Origin: Gemmatimonadales bacterium
Lineage (GTDB): Bacteria > Gemmatimonadota > Gemmatimonadetes > Gemmatimonadales > GWC2-71-9
Reading direction: 5' to 3'
DNA: 64,000 bases
Assembly (NCBI GenBank): GCA_041577295.1
Contig: JBFGJG010000015.1
Coordinates: forward strand, 1 to 64,000
The position numbers were made by a program, and so were the translations under genes. A model generated the notes under the pieces. It saw only the letters and a program-made list of their open reading frames with translations. It was not told the DNA's origin and did no database searches. The first letter of the stretch is position 1. Every line of letters starts with the position of its first letter. Below, piece after piece: positions 10,362 through 22,652 of this stretch.

Positions 10362-11330
10362 TCAGTTCCCGCGGATCTTCTGAAGTTCCGCGATAAGGCG
10401 CGGCACGATCTCGAACAGATCGCCCACAATGCCGTAGTCCGCCAACTTGAAGATCGGCGCATCTTTGTCTTTGTTGATCGCCACGATGACCTTGGATGTC
10501 CGCATCCCAGCCAGATGCTGGATGGCCCCCGAGATGCCGACGGCAACATACAGGCTGGGACTCACCGTCTTCCCCGTCTGCCCCACCTGCTCCGAATGCG
10601 GTCGCCACCCCGCATCCACCACCGCGCGCGACGCGCCAGGCGCCCCACCCAGCACCTCCGCGAGTTCCTCGATGAGGTGGAAATTCTCGGGACCCTTCAA
10701 CCCTCGCCCACCACTCACCACGATGGACGCCTCCGCGACATCGAGCACGGCTTTCTCGGGTTCCTTGACCTTCACCGTCGTTGCCCGGGCAGCAACCACG
10801 CCGTCGGCAGAGATTCCTTCGACGGCTCCCGGCTTGGCGGCATCGGTGGGGGAGAACACGTTGGGCCGCACCGAGATCACGCAGGGTCGTTTGACCACCC
10901 TGAGTGTGAACACTGCCTTTCCGGAGTACACTGGCCGGGTCACGACCAGCTCGTCATTGGCGGTCAGCGAGGTCACGTCGGGTGCCAGCGGCGCACCGAG
11001 CTTGGCGGCGATCCGCGGCGCCAAATCCCGCCCCATGGCGGTAGCGCCGAGAACGATGATGTCGTAGTTGCCCGTGGAAACTTGATTGGCGGCGATGGTC
11101 GCAAAGGCATCCGGCTGATAAAGTGCCAAGTCCGGAGTCGCCGCCGCGAGCACCTTATCGGCACCATGGCGCCCGAGAGCTTCGGTCGAGACTCCCGGTG
11201 GCCCCATCAGGAGCGCGTGAACTTCGCTCCCCTCGGCGTCCGCCACGACGCGCCCCGCCGCGAGCGCCTCGAGCGAAACACGCTTGAGCATCCCGTCGCG
11301 CTGTTCCAGGACTACGAGCACGGCTCCCAT
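10362..11330 (-). CDS. etfA: Electron transfer flavoprotein alpha subunit
   Basis: VSGGRG, GASRAVVD and QVGQTGKTVSPSLYVAVGISGAIQH. Confidence 0.97.
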   Translation of the reverse strand: MGAVLVVLEQRDGMLKRVSLEALAAGRVVADAEGSEVHALLMGPPGVSTEALGRHGADKVLAAATPDLALYQPDAFATIAANQVSTGNYDIIVLGATAMGRDLAPRIAAKLGAPLAPDVTSLTANDELVVTRPVYSGKAVFTLRVVKRPCVISVRPNVFSPTDAAKPGAVEGISADGVVAARATTVKVKEPEKAVLDVAEASIVVSGGRGLKGPENFHLIEELAEVLGGAPGASRAVVDAGWRPHSEQVGQTGKTVSPSLYVAVGISGAIQHLAGMRTSKVIVAINKDKDAPIFKLADYGIVGDLFEIVPRLIAELQKIRGN

Positions 11331-12079
11331 CAGATCACCTTCGCCTCATTCCGCAGCGCCTCGATGAGCGCAGGGACGGCGTCGGGTCCCTCGCCCACGA
11401 TACGGCCACCAGTGCGTTCCGCCGGGACGCTGAGCTCTATTATTTCCAACCCACCAGGCTCGACCGTGACTTCCTTGACCTCCAGGGGCTTCTTCTTGGC
11501 CATCATGATTCCCCGGAGCGCCGGATACCGCGGCTCGTTCAGTCCCTTGTCAGTGGTCAACACGGCGGGGAGCGAAAACTCGACGACTTCGACGCCGCCC
11601 TCGATCTCCCGTTCAGCGGTCCCGCTGGCGCCTGAAATCTCGAGATGGGCTATCGAGCTGACGCAGGGAAGGTTGAGGAGGGTAGCGACCATCGGCCCGA
11701 CGGCGTGATTGTAGTCGTCGATGGCGAGCTTGCCGAAGAGGAGCAAGTCATATTCACCAGCCTCGAGCTCCGCTGCCAACAAGCGTGCCGCTCCCAAAGA
11801 ATCGAGCGATGACGCGTTTGATTTTAGAAGTACACCGCGGTCGGCGCCCATCGCGAGGGCCGTGCGAACAGTCTCCTGTGAAGCATCGGTCCCGAGCGCA
11901 ACCACCACCACCTCACCACCGTGCTGTTCTTTGAGTTGAAGCGCAGCTTCGACAGCAAACTCGTCGTAGGGATTGAGAACGAACTTCACACCGGCTTCGT
12001 CGATCGACTTTCCATCACCGGCGATCTTGATGCGGGACTCCGTATCGGGGACCCGTTTCACGCAAACGGCGATCTTCAC
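11330..12079 (-). CDS. etfB: Electron transfer flavoprotein beta subunit
   Basis: VCVKRVPDT, NPYDEFAVE, ALAMGAD and NEPRY; 1-nt overlap with etfA. Confidence 0.97.
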   Translation of the reverse strand: MKIAVCVKRVPDTESRIKIAGDGKSIDEAGVKFVLNPYDEFAVEAALQLKEQHGGEVVVVALGTDASQETVRTALAMGADRGVLLKSNASSLDSLGAARLLAAELEAGEYDLLLFGKLAIDDYNHAVGPMVATLLNLPCVSSIAHLEISGASGTAEREIEGGVEVVEFSLPAVLTTDKGLNEPRYPALRGIMMAKKKPLEVKEVTVEPGGLEIIELSVPAERTGGRIVGEGPDAVPALIEALRNEAKVI

Positions 12080-12172
12080 CAGAACCTCTTGGCTGCTATG
12101 AGATTACGAAAGATGCGACACGAGGCGGGCCGCGCGGGTGGAAGGTACCTGCGGGGGCTCAGCACCGCAACG

Positions 12173-13300
12173 CTACAGCCAGTGCTTTCGTTTGAAGAAG
12201 AAGAAAAAGACGACACCCGTTCCGAGCATCACCGCCCACACGAACCAGTAGCCGAAGCGCCAGTGGAGCTCCGGCATATTGTCGAAGTTCATGCCGTACA
12301 CACCGGCGATGAAGGTGAGTGGAATGAAGATCGTCGCAATGATCGTCAAGATTTTCATCACCTCGTTCATGCGATAGCTGATCTGCGACAAGTACAGTTC
12401 GTGCATGCCGGCCAGCATCTCTCTGAACGTCTCGGTCAGCTCCACGGCGCGTATGGTATGGTCGTACACGTCGCGCATGAACACGAGCGTCGGCTTCCGG
12501 AAGGACTGCACATCGCCGCGCAAAATCCCGTTGATCACATCACGCAGGGGCCACACGGCACGACGAATCGCAATCATCATCCGGCGCTGGTGATGGATGT
12601 GCTGCAGCGTCTCGACTTGCGCCCGCTCGAGCAATTCCGCTTCGAGCGCTTCCACCTCGTCCCCCAAACGCTCGAGCACTGTGAAGTAATTGTCGACGAC
12701 CACATCGAGAAGGGAGTAGGCCAAATGATCCGCACCGAAGGCACGGACCCGTCCACGATTGAGACGCAAACGGGTCCGAATAGGATCGAAGACGTCCCCC
12801 GCGCGCTCTTGGAAGGTGATGAGGACCTTGCTCCCGAGCACCATACTCAACTGCTCATGTTCCAACTCTAGCAGCCCGCTGTCGGACTCGCGCAGCGAGA
12901 GCATTCGTAGCACCAGAAAGACGAAGTCCCCGAAGTCCTCGAGCTTGGGACGTTGCTGCGTGTTGACGATGTCTTCCAGAAGGAGTGCGTGAAGGCCGAA
13001 GTGCTCGCCGAGCTTCTCGATCAGGTCGACGTCATGGACGCCGTCGACGTTGATCCACGTGACCGACTCGCTGTCACGATAGGGGAAGCACTCCTCGATA
13101 GAGGGCACCTCCCTCTCCTCAATGTGGTCGAGGTTGTAATCGATGAGAGTAATGCGAGGGGGCTCGCTGGGTTTCTCCCCGATGTGGACGAGCGTCCCAG
13201 GGGCGAGTCCGGATTTGCGGGCCGATCGAGGGAAGAGTCCCGTTTTCTCTAGCTGGGCTCTCGTTCGCTCACGGATCTTCGTCGCCAGATCGATGCCCAC
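12173..13300 (-). CDS. corA: Magnesium/cobalt transporter CorA
   Basis: WINVDG, QRPKLE, the YGMNF signature and MPEL. Start GTG 13300 follows a GAGGA RBS. Confidence 0.95.
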   Translation of the reverse strand: MGIDLATKIRERTRAQLEKTGLFPRSARKSGLAPGTLVHIGEKPSEPPRITLIDYNLDHIEEREVPSIEECFPYRDSESVTWINVDGVHDVDLIEKLGEHFGLHALLLEDIVNTQQRPKLEDFGDFVFLVLRMLSLRESDSGLLELEHEQLSMVLGSKVLITFQERAGDVFDPIRTRLRLNRGRVRAFGADHLAYSLLDVVVDNYFTVLERLGDEVEALEAELLERAQVETLQHIHHQRRMMIAIRRAVWPLRDVINGILRGDVQSFRKPTLVFMRDVYDHTIRAVELTETFREMLAGMHELYLSQISYRMNEVMKILTIIATIFIPLTFIAGVYGMNFDNMPELHWRFGYWFVWAVMLGTGVVFFFFFKRKHWL

Positions 13301-13310
13301 CGTTTCCTCC

Positions 13311-13538
13311 TCAGATCTCATCGTTGAATTCCACATGCTTGTGTGAGCCGTCACAAAAGGGTTTGGTGCGCGAGTTGCCGCAGCGACAAAGCACGAACGT
13401 GTCCTCGTCGGGGATCGCGATGGGATTGCCGTCCGCGTCGACCAAACGCACGCTCCCCTGAACGCGATAGGGTCCGTTCTTCCGCACTTTGATTTCGACC
13501 ATGCCGGGCCGAACCCCCGCGTTGTCGTTGATCGGCAT
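13311..13538 (-). CDS. CDGSH iron-sulfur domain protein
   Basis: NGPY and LCRCGNSRTKPFCDGSH; alternative start at 13502. Confidence 0.93.
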   Translation of the reverse strand: MPINDNAGVRPGMVEIKVRKNGPYRVQGSVRLVDADGNPIAIPDEDTFVLCRCGNSRTKPFCDGSHKHVEFNDEI

Positions 13539-13541
13539 CTC

Positions 13542-15308
13542 TCACGCCTCCTGCGCGCGCCGGAGCTTGGCTCTCAGCTTTTTCACCGGAAAGGTGTTGA
13601 GAACGTGCTTTGGCTCGAGCCACGCCCGACGCGCCTGGTCGATGCCATACCGCATGAGCGCGAGCTCTTCGGGCCGGTGCGCGTCGGTATTGATGACGAT
13701 CATCACGCCTAGGTCTCGGGCCTTCATCAGGTGGAGGTCCTTGAGATCGAGCCGGTCTGGATGCGCATTGAGCTCAACGGCAACCCTGTGCTCCGCAGCG
13801 GACGACAGCACCGCATCGAGATCGAAGTCCATTGGCTCACGTTTGTTGATGAGCCGCCCCGTAGGGTGCGCCAGGATGTCTACGGCGGGGTGCTCGAGGG
13901 CTCTGAGGATCCGCTTGGTTTGCTTGGCATTCGGCAGATCGAGCTTCGAGTGGATGGAGGCGACGACGAGGTCGAGCTCTATGAGCAAATGGTCTGCGAG
14001 ATCGAGACTTCCGTCTGAGAGGATATCGACCTCCATGCTGCGAAGAAGCGTGATCTCATCATGCCGGGCGACGACCTCATCCATCTCCGCCCATTGCTCG
14101 CGGAGCTTCTTCTCGTCCAACCCACCGGTCATGGCCAGCACCTGACTGTGATCGGTGATGGCTAGGTACTCATATCCACGCTCGACGCAGGCCTCGAGCA
14201 TCTCCTCGACCGATGCCTTTCCATCTGACCACGTTGTATGCATCTGGAGATCGCCACGAATATCATCCTCCGTGATCAGCGACGGGAGTTTTCCTCTGAG
14301 CGCGGCTTCGATCTCACCTCGGTCCTCGCGCAGCTCTGGCGGGATCCATGGCAGCTCGACGGCTTTGTACACTTGAGCCTCATCCCGTCCGGCCACGAGC
14401 CGGCCCGCCCACGGGTCTTTGGCATCTGCATCCCGCTTGGCATTCGTGATGCTGAAGACGCCGTACTCGGAAACGCGTAGACCGCGCTCCACTGCCCGTT
14501 TGCGGAGCTTGACGCTGTGCTCCTTGGACCCCGTGAAGTACTGGAGGGCGGCACCGTAACTCTTTTGCGGCAGGATGCGCATGTCGACCTGCAGACCCGA
14601 GGTGAGGACGATCGTCGCTTTGGTATCGCCCGCTAGCTCGACCCGCTCAACCTGGGGGTACGAAACGAAGCGATCGACTACCGGCTGTGCGTCCTGCGCA
14701 ATCACGAGGAGATCGATGTCTCCCACGGTCTCCTTACGGCGCCGATAGCTACCAGCAACCTCGATCTGCTTGATCGCCTGCTCCGCGCGCAGGTACTCGA
14801 CCAGCGGTTCGATATACTGATCCGCGTCGGACAGTTTGAAGCGCATGCCACGACGTCGCGCGGCCGCGATCCCGTCGAGGATGCGTTGCTGCGTCTTGGC
14901 GCCGAATCCCTTGAGTCCCTTGATCGCATCGTTCTTGGCTGCCCGCTCCAGATCCTCCAGCGTTGCAATCCCGAGCTCCTGCCACAGAATCCTCACACGC
15001 TTGGCGCCGAGGCCGGGGATCCGTGTGATGTCGATCAGGGATCGCGGCACCTTGGTGGTGAGCTCGTCGAGCAATGTGAGCTTTCCCTCGTTCACGAGCT
15101 CGGTGATGTGGCCGGCGATATCTTTGCCAATCGCCGGCAGCTCGGTGAGGTCGGCGCCCTCAGCGACCAATCTTTTCAGCGGGGTGGTGTGCGCTTCCAC
15201 GGTACGGGCGGCATTGCGGTACGCACGGATCCGAAAGGGATTCGCGTCCTGCAGCTCGAGCAGCTCAGCCACGTCCTCCAGCACGCGGGCGATCTCCACG
15301 TTCTCCAC
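13542..15308 (-). CDS. polX: DNA polymerase X family with PHP domain
   Basis: HhH motifs, AGSYRR, GDIDLL, QVDMR, YFTGSK; PHP motifs DLQMHT, TDH, AHP and NTDAH. Confidence 0.96.
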   Translation of the reverse strand: MENVEIARVLEDVAELLELQDANPFRIRAYRNAARTVEAHTTPLKRLVAEGADLTELPAIGKDIAGHITELVNEGKLTLLDELTTKVPRSLIDITRIPGLGAKRVRILWQELGIATLEDLERAAKNDAIKGLKGFGAKTQQRILDGIAAARRRGMRFKLSDADQYIEPLVEYLRAEQAIKQIEVAGSYRRRKETVGDIDLLVIAQDAQPVVDRFVSYPQVERVELAGDTKATIVLTSGLQVDMRILPQKSYGAALQYFTGSKEHSVKLRKRAVERGLRVSEYGVFSITNAKRDADAKDPWAGRLVAGRDEAQVYKAVELPWIPPELREDRGEIEAALRGKLPSLITEDDIRGDLQMHTTWSDGKASVEEMLEACVERGYEYLAITDHSQVLAMTGGLDEKKLREQWAEMDEVVARHDEITLLRSMEVDILSDGSLDLADHLLIELDLVVASIHSKLDLPNAKQTKRILRALEHPAVDILAHPTGRLINKREPMDFDLDAVLSSAAEHRVAVELNAHPDRLDLKDLHLMKARDLGVMIVINTDAHRPEELALMRYGIDQARRAWLEPKHVLNTFPVKKLRAKLRRAQEA

Positions 15309-15309
15309 G

Positions 15310-17364
<2,055 letters not shown>

Positions 17365-17505
17365 TTACGCCGGAACGACCCCCGTGTGGAAGCGGTGCGG
17401 CCAGTGCTCTGACGTCCCGCCGTCGCACGGACACGCTGTCGGTCCGATACACTATACGTGTCTTCAATGCGGTGACTTACGCTGATGCTACGGCCGCTGG
17501 GTTGG

Positions 17506-17913
17506 CTACCGCATTGCCACAGGAATGACCAGCTTGAGCGCGCTCAACTCCTCAGAGAAGCTCGCGACCTTGATATCGACCAGACCGTTTTCCTTTGCCG
17601 CACTCATCACGTCCGATTGCTTCACCTCTGGCCGCCCCTTACGCCACAACGTCCAGATCGCTCCGTTGGGTTTGATCGTTTCGCGGAGTCGCGCCAGCCG
17701 CTCGAGATCCTTCGTCCGGGATACGAAAAAGAAGATCATGTCCGTCGCCCGTTTCGGGCGCCGCTCCGCAATGTCGTCGGTGCGTGTCCGGAGCTCCTGC
17801 AAGAATTCCGCGTCCTGTAATCGCAACACGGCCACGCGCATCGCTGACTTCACACCGAGCTTGTCCAGCCGGCTTCGCTTGGAGTACCCAGTGGCGCCGG
17901 GCGCCACCGTCAC
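17506..17913 (-). CDS. DUF3052-like protein
   Basis: GYSKRSRLDKLGVK...GAIWTLWRKG...GLVDIKVASFSEELSALKLV; GTG start overlaps the upstream TGA (GTGA). Confidence 0.75.
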   Translation of the reverse strand: MTVAPGATGYSKRSRLDKLGVKSAMRVAVLRLQDAEFLQELRTRTDDIAERRPKRATDMIFFFVSRTKDLERLARLRETIKPNGAIWTLWRKGRPEVKQSDVMSAAKENGLVDIKVASFSEELSALKLVIPVAMR

Positions 17914-18440
17914 TGCTCGTGCACCGGGGTGAGCTCCTCGCCAAACCGCTGACCCAGCGCGCGGAGGTAGCCGTCGATGTTCGCGTGCATACCGAGAAAG
18001 ACGTTCGCCACGAACCGGAAGATCGGATTGCTGATCCAACCGTCCTCGGTGACGGTGACGCGACTGCCACCATCGACCGGCGTGATGACGTACGTCCACG
18101 TTCCGCCAAAGGGACCTCCCGCGGTGGGATCGATCTCGGTTACGAGTCGGCTTGGCGGACTCGATTCGCGTACGACCAGTGGAAGTTGGCCGCTCGTCAT
18201 GTCGAGCCGATAGGCCTCTCGGCCCTCGGACCCCGATCCCCGTTCAACACTTCGTACGTCTGGCCACCAGGCAGCCAGCTGATCGAAGCTCCGAACGACA
18301 GGCCATATGCTGTCCGGTGGCTGACCCACGATCACCGAGCTCGAAGCGACGTGATCCCGCGGCATGAGCATCCCCACGAGCGTCACAGCAGCGACTAGCC
18401 CCACGAGCGCAAGCAAGACAATCAACAACCATTTTCGCAC
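17910..18440 (-). CDS. SRPBCC/polyketide cyclase-like protein with N-terminal TM anchor
   Basis: AGGAGG RBS before GTG 18440, a TM helix, then PFGGTWTY...TVTEDG. Confidence 0.8.
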   Translation of the reverse strand: MRKWLLIVLLALVGLVAAVTLVGMLMPRDHVASSSVIVGQPPDSIWPVVRSFDQLAAWWPDVRSVERGSGSEGREAYRLDMTSGQLPLVVRESSPPSRLVTEIDPTAGGPFGGTWTYVITPVDGGSRVTVTEDGWISNPIFRFVANVFLGMHANIDGYLRALGQRFGEELTPVHEQ

Positions 18441-18536
18441 TGGGCCTCCTATCAACATGGGTGCTGCACGGTTGCCCGGGATCGGCAGTGTGCACCTGCG
18501 ACGCCCGCCGTGCGAGTCGCCTATCAAACATGCACA

Positions 18537-19406
18537 CTAGGTCCGGGAGGTCGCCTCCCACGGCGGATGGCTTGCCAGACGCCGGAGCCGCGTGATCTGT
18601 CGTAGTGCGTTACGGAGCCGCTTCGTGTCCCCCGAGCCACAGCTCGTCACCGCGTATTCCATCGCATCGAGCTCGAGAAAGCGATGGACCCGTGGGAGCA
18701 ACGTGGAACGCGGTTCCGGCTGATACACGTCCAGCAACCGGTCGAGTAAATCCGTCCCGTAATCCTCGTAGAGGTAGGTCAGCTCCCACGCCGGGTCGCC
18801 GATCATCAGATCGCCAAAGTCGATCACGCCGGTCAGCACCTTCGTGTGTGGATCATGGAGGATGTGCTCAGGCCCGAGATCCGCGTGGAGCAGTGTGGGT
18901 TTGTACTCCTGCCAATCTCTGCGATCGCAGTAATCCTGTACCGCTCCGACGATAAACGCACGGTCGACCGCTTGCATGCGGTCGAACAGTTGCGTCTCGG
19001 CGCGGCGGAGCACTGCGGAATAGTGTCCGCGATAGTCGAATACCGGGATGTCACATTGATGAGCGGCATTTAGAGTCGTGCCGTGCAGTCGCGCCAGAAA
19101 CGTTCCCAGCAGCCGTGCCAACCGCGCGCGGCTCTCGTTTGAGGACGCGAGATACCGCCGTCGAGTCAACAACGCACCCGGAATCTTTCGATAGCGCGAG
19201 AAGAGATGGTCGGAACTGGGGCCCTGATAGAGCTCGGGATTAGGGACGAGGACGGGAACCGTGGCTCGAATGACGGGGAGCAGGCAGACTTCCCGCTGTA
19301 ACGCGCGCGCAGCAGCACGGTGTTTTGGAAACTGGAAGACCCAGTCGCCATCGACCAAAAACGACCAGCGTTCCTCCCCCTCACCAAAGAACGCCACCGA
19401 CCGCAC
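18537..19406 (-). CDS. Aminoglycoside phosphotransferase-like (APH/ChoK) kinase
   Basis: GEG loop, Brenner motif HADLGPEHIL, and GVIDFGDLMIGDPAWE. The true start may lie upstream. Confidence 0.85.
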   Translation of the reverse strand: MRSVAFFGEGEERWSFLVDGDWVFQFPKHRAAARALQREVCLLPVIRATVPVLVPNPELYQGPSSDHLFSRYRKIPGALLTRRRYLASSNESRARLARLLGTFLARLHGTTLNAAHQCDIPVFDYRGHYSAVLRRAETQLFDRMQAVDRAFIVGAVQDYCDRRDWQEYKPTLLHADLGPEHILHDPHTKVLTGVIDFGDLMIGDPAWELTYLYEDYGTDLLDRLLDVYQPEPRSTLLPRVHRFLELDAMEYAVTSCGSGDTKRLRNALRQITRLRRLASHPPWEATSRT

Positions 19407-19476
19407 GGATTGGCCGGCGTACTGCGCGATCAGGGACGCCGCGGTCGCTTCATCGATCCGATATGACGGGACCGTG

Positions 19477-20610
19477 CTACTGACCCTCTTGCACGAGTCG
19501 TACGATCCTTCCGCCCGCAGCTAGGATGTAGAGCTCACCGTCACCACCCTCGCCAAACGACGTGACGCTTCCGAGATCACCCACGTCCCATTCGGTCCGG
19601 TCAACAGCCGCGCCGTCGACGAAGCGAAAACTCCGCAACCAACCACCACAAAAGTCCGAGTAGAAGTAGTGACCTCGCACCCCCGGCACGGCGTTTCCGC
19701 CGTAGACGATGCCCCCGGTTATTGAGCAGCCCTCCCCGTGATCGTAGTCGAGAACTGGCAGCGTGAGCCCCTCGGTCTGACATCCGGAGGACGGCTGGAA
19801 GCACTGGCTGCCCTCCATGATGTTCCAGCCGTAGTTGACGCTGGGCCTGCTGATGGGTGCGACGTTCACCTCCTCACGCCGGTTCTGGCCAACATCCGCA
19901 ATGTAGAGGAGGCCGTTCGCACGATCGAGCGCGATGCGCCACGGGTTCCTGAGACCGTACGCCCAGATCTCATTGCCGAACGGGTTGTTGTTGGGGATTG
20001 CGTAGGGCGTGCCGCCATCGACATCGATGCGTAGCAACGCTCCAAGCAGTGTCGTGGTGTTTTGGCCGTGACCGTTGGGGTCGTTCGCGCTCCCACCGTC
20101 ACCCATCGCAATGTAGAGCATGCCATCCGGTCCAAACAGGATGTGCCCGCCGTTGTGATTGCTAAAAGGCTGAGCTACCGTCAGGATGATCTCCGCCGAG
20201 CTCCCGTCCGCGACGTTCGGATCTGATGAGACGAGGTAGCGAGCAACTCGGGTATCGCCGTTCGTGTCGGTGTAGTTAACGAAGAACTCGCCGTTGTCAG
20301 CGTAGTCGGGGTGAAACGCCATCGAAAGTAGTCCGCGCTCGCCTCCCGAACCCACGAGAGACCGGATGTCGAGAAATGCCGGCGTGCGGATCTGCCCATT
20401 CTCGATAATGCGGATGATCCCAGCCTGCTCGATGACAAATAGCCTGGTGTCACCCGGGGGTGCCGTAAGATGAACCGGTGATTGGAGTCCTGATACGACC
20501 TCGGCGACCGCGAGATCGCCCGGCAGGGGAGCGTTGATCTTTTCGTTGCAGCCCGCTAAACCCAACCCACACATGAGCGCCATCCACCGCGGCGGATGCC
20601 CAGTGACCAT
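19477..20610 (-). CDS. PQQ-dependent sugar dehydrogenase (GSDH/YliI beta-propeller), lipoprotein
   Basis: Lipobox LAGC; ERGLL, NHNGG, FGPDG.LY..GDGG and YGLRNPWR. Confidence 0.92.
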   Translation of the reverse strand: MVTGHPPRWMALMCGLGLAGCNEKINAPLPGDLAVAEVVSGLQSPVHLTAPPGDTRLFVIEQAGIIRIIENGQIRTPAFLDIRSLVGSGGERGLLSMAFHPDYADNGEFFVNYTDTNGDTRVARYLVSSDPNVADGSSAEIILTVAQPFSNHNGGHILFGPDGMLYIAMGDGGSANDPNGHGQNTTTLLGALLRIDVDGGTPYAIPNNNPFGNEIWAYGLRNPWRIALDRANGLLYIADVGQNRREEVNVAPISRPSVNYGWNIMEGSQCFQPSSGCQTEGLTLPVLDYDHGEGCSITGGIVYGGNAVPGVRGHYFYSDFCGGWLRSFRFVDGAAVDRTEWDVGDLGSVTSFGEGGDGELYILAAGGRIVRLVQEGQ

Positions 20611-20707
20611 ATGACCTCCGAGCCGATCTGGCTCACCGAAGGTGTATCAGTGATCTCGCTGGAAGTATGGTAACCCCGAACGGGGTGCTGGATCCCCAAT
20701 ATTCCCT

Positions 20708-21892
20708 CTATCCCCCGAACGCATTCAGCCCGGTGACTGCCTGCCCCAAGATGAGGGTATGGACATCGTGTGTTCCCTCGTAGGTATACACGCTCTCGAG
20801 GTTCGCCAGATGCCGCATGGCTTGGTACTCCGCGAGGATCCCACTGCCCCCCAGAAGCCGCCTTGTCTCGCGTGCGCATTCACACGCAATGTGCACATTG
20901 TTGCGCTTGGCAAGCGATACCTGTTGTGGCGTCATGGTACCTCGGTCCTTGAGCCGCCCGAGCTGAAGGCACAAGAGTTGAGCTTTCGTGATTTCGGTGA
21001 GCATCTCCGCAAGGCGAGCCTGTTGGAGCTGGAACCCTCCAATTGGGCGATCGAACATCACGCGATTCTTCGCATAATCCACGGCTTCCTCGAAGCACGC
21101 CATTGCGGCACCCACCGCACCCCAGGCAATGCCGTATCTCGCCTGTGTCAGGCACATCAGCGGACTTTTGAGACCGCAGCTACCTTCGAGCAACGAATCG
21201 CTTGGCACGCGCACGTCTTCGAGCACCAGTTCACTCGTGTCACTCGCGCGCAGCGAAAGCTTGCCCTTCTGATCCCTGGCCGCGAACCCTTGTGTATCCG
21301 TCGGCACTAAGAATCCGCGAATGGTATCGGGATCATCGAGCCCGCCTGTCTTTGCCCATATCACCGCCAGGTGAGCTGTCGAGCCGTTCGTGATCCACAT
21401 CTTGGCGCCGTTGATCACCCATGTGGAACCGTCCTTTCGAGCCGTTGTGATCATGCCGGCCGGATTGGATCCGTAATCGGGCTCAGTGAGACCGAAGCAG
21501 CCGATCACTTCGCCGCGCGCCATCGGGGGGAGCCAACGTCGCTTTTGCTCCTCGCTCCCAAAAGCGAAGATCGGGTACATGCACAACGCTCCCTGAACCG
21601 ACGCGAAGGACCGAACACCACTATCTCCGCGCTCCAGCTCCTGCATGATCAGACCGTACGCAACGTTGTTCAGCTCCGCACACTCGTAGTCGGCTGGCAG
21701 GTTGGCACCAAACAACCCCAGCTCTGCCATCTGCGGCACCAGCTCCATGGGAAAGCGCCCTTCGACGTAACGCTCGCCAATGATCGGCATGAGGGCATCG
21801 TCCACCCAGCGCCGAACGGTGTCGCGGACCTGCCGTTCCTCCTCATTGAACAACGAATCGGTTTCGTAGAAATCAACACCTGCGAATGGCAT
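20708..21892 (-). CDS. gcdH: Acyl-CoA dehydrogenase, glutaryl-CoA dehydrogenase-like
   Basis: ERGDSG.RS..SVQ, GCFGLTEPD.GS, ARYGIAWG and TYEGTHDVHTLILG. Confidence 0.85.
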   Translation of the reverse strand: MPFAGVDFYETDSLFNEEERQVRDTVRRWVDDALMPIIGERYVEGRFPMELVPQMAELGLFGANLPADYECAELNNVAYGLIMQELERGDSGVRSFASVQGALCMYPIFAFGSEEQKRRWLPPMARGEVIGCFGLTEPDYGSNPAGMITTARKDGSTWVINGAKMWITNGSTAHLAVIWAKTGGLDDPDTIRGFLVPTDTQGFAARDQKGKLSLRASDTSELVLEDVRVPSDSLLEGSCGLKSPLMCLTQARYGIAWGAVGAAMACFEEAVDYAKNRVMFDRPIGGFQLQQARLAEMLTEITKAQLLCLQLGRLKDRGTMTPQQVSLAKRNNVHIACECARETRRLLGGSGILAEYQAMRHLANLESVYTYEGTHDVHTLILGQAVTGLNAFGG

Positions 21893-21908
21893 GTGCGCTC
21901 CTCATGAA

Positions 21909-22652
21909 TCACCGTTCCCGTGCCGCTCGGCGCCGGGGTTTGACCACGCGGCGCGCCCCTGGTTCCACACCCACTTCTACAGCCTTTTCACGAAATGTCT
22001 CGCCGTGGTCGGGGTCGTATCCCGATTCTACCTGCCACTGGTGCACCATCTCGTGCAACAGAGTATGCGTCACTTCGTCCCAGCCATCGGTTTCGATGTG
22101 GTGCCGGCTGACGGCAATCTCCGTAGCCCGATTGGTACGCGAATCCACAGTGAGCTCACCTAGCCGGGTGCGCATGCGTGACGAAATTCGGAACTTCATT
22201 GGTAGCAATTTACCACCAAAGTGCCGGCGATTGAGTCGCTCGTGGAGCTTCTTGAGCTCCCTCAGCACACGGCGGTCACCCGATTTGGGGCGCTCGCCCC
22301 GCCGCCGTGTTTTGCTGGGTTGGACGAATTCCTCCACGGGGAATGCCACCAGCTCGCGCTCCGCACGCCGCCGATCCGCCACCTTCGTGGCAGGATGGAC
22401 GAACGCCACGATGGCTCGGAGCACCCGGTCGCTAGCGTACGCGTATCCTCGGTGGACTCGAAGCATCCCACGTTTCGTGACGCTCACCAGCACCGTCTTG
22501 TTCTCGTGGACCTCAACTCCGCGGGGGCCACGGAGCCCTAACAGTTCGAGCCGACGCGCGAGGAGTGCGCGGTCCGCCTCCCGGGCAGCGGCCTCAGCTA
22601 ACGCTCGTCGCGACCGGCGCATCACTGGTTCCTCGGCTGCGGGCAAAGGCAT
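21909..22652 (-). CDS. SprT-like zinc metalloprotease domain protein
   Basis: LN.RHF, RMRTRLG, TLLHEMVH (HExxH) and HG..F. Start could be 22622. Confidence 0.85.
   Translation of the reverse strand: MPLPAAEEPVMRRSRRALAEAAAREADRALLARRLELLGLRGPRGVEVHENKTVLVSVTKRGMLRVHRGYAYASDRVLRAIVAFVHPATKVADRRRAERELVAFPVEEFVQPSKTRRRGERPKSGDRRVLRELKKLHERLNRRHFGGKLLPMKFRISSRMRTRLGELTVDSRTNRATEIAVSRHHIETDGWDEVTHTLLHEMVHQWQVESGYDPDHGETFREKAVEVGVEPGARRVVKPRRRAARER

Noticed and set aside
9777..11708. 643-aa plus-strand ORF
   Set aside because: It is antisense to etfA/etfB/ETF-QO, Arg/His-rich and motif-free, a typical high-GC shadow ORF.
18537..19406. Acquired aminoglycoside resistance gene
   Set aside because: It shows only a generic APH/ChoK fold, has no mobile context, and its substrate cannot be inferred.
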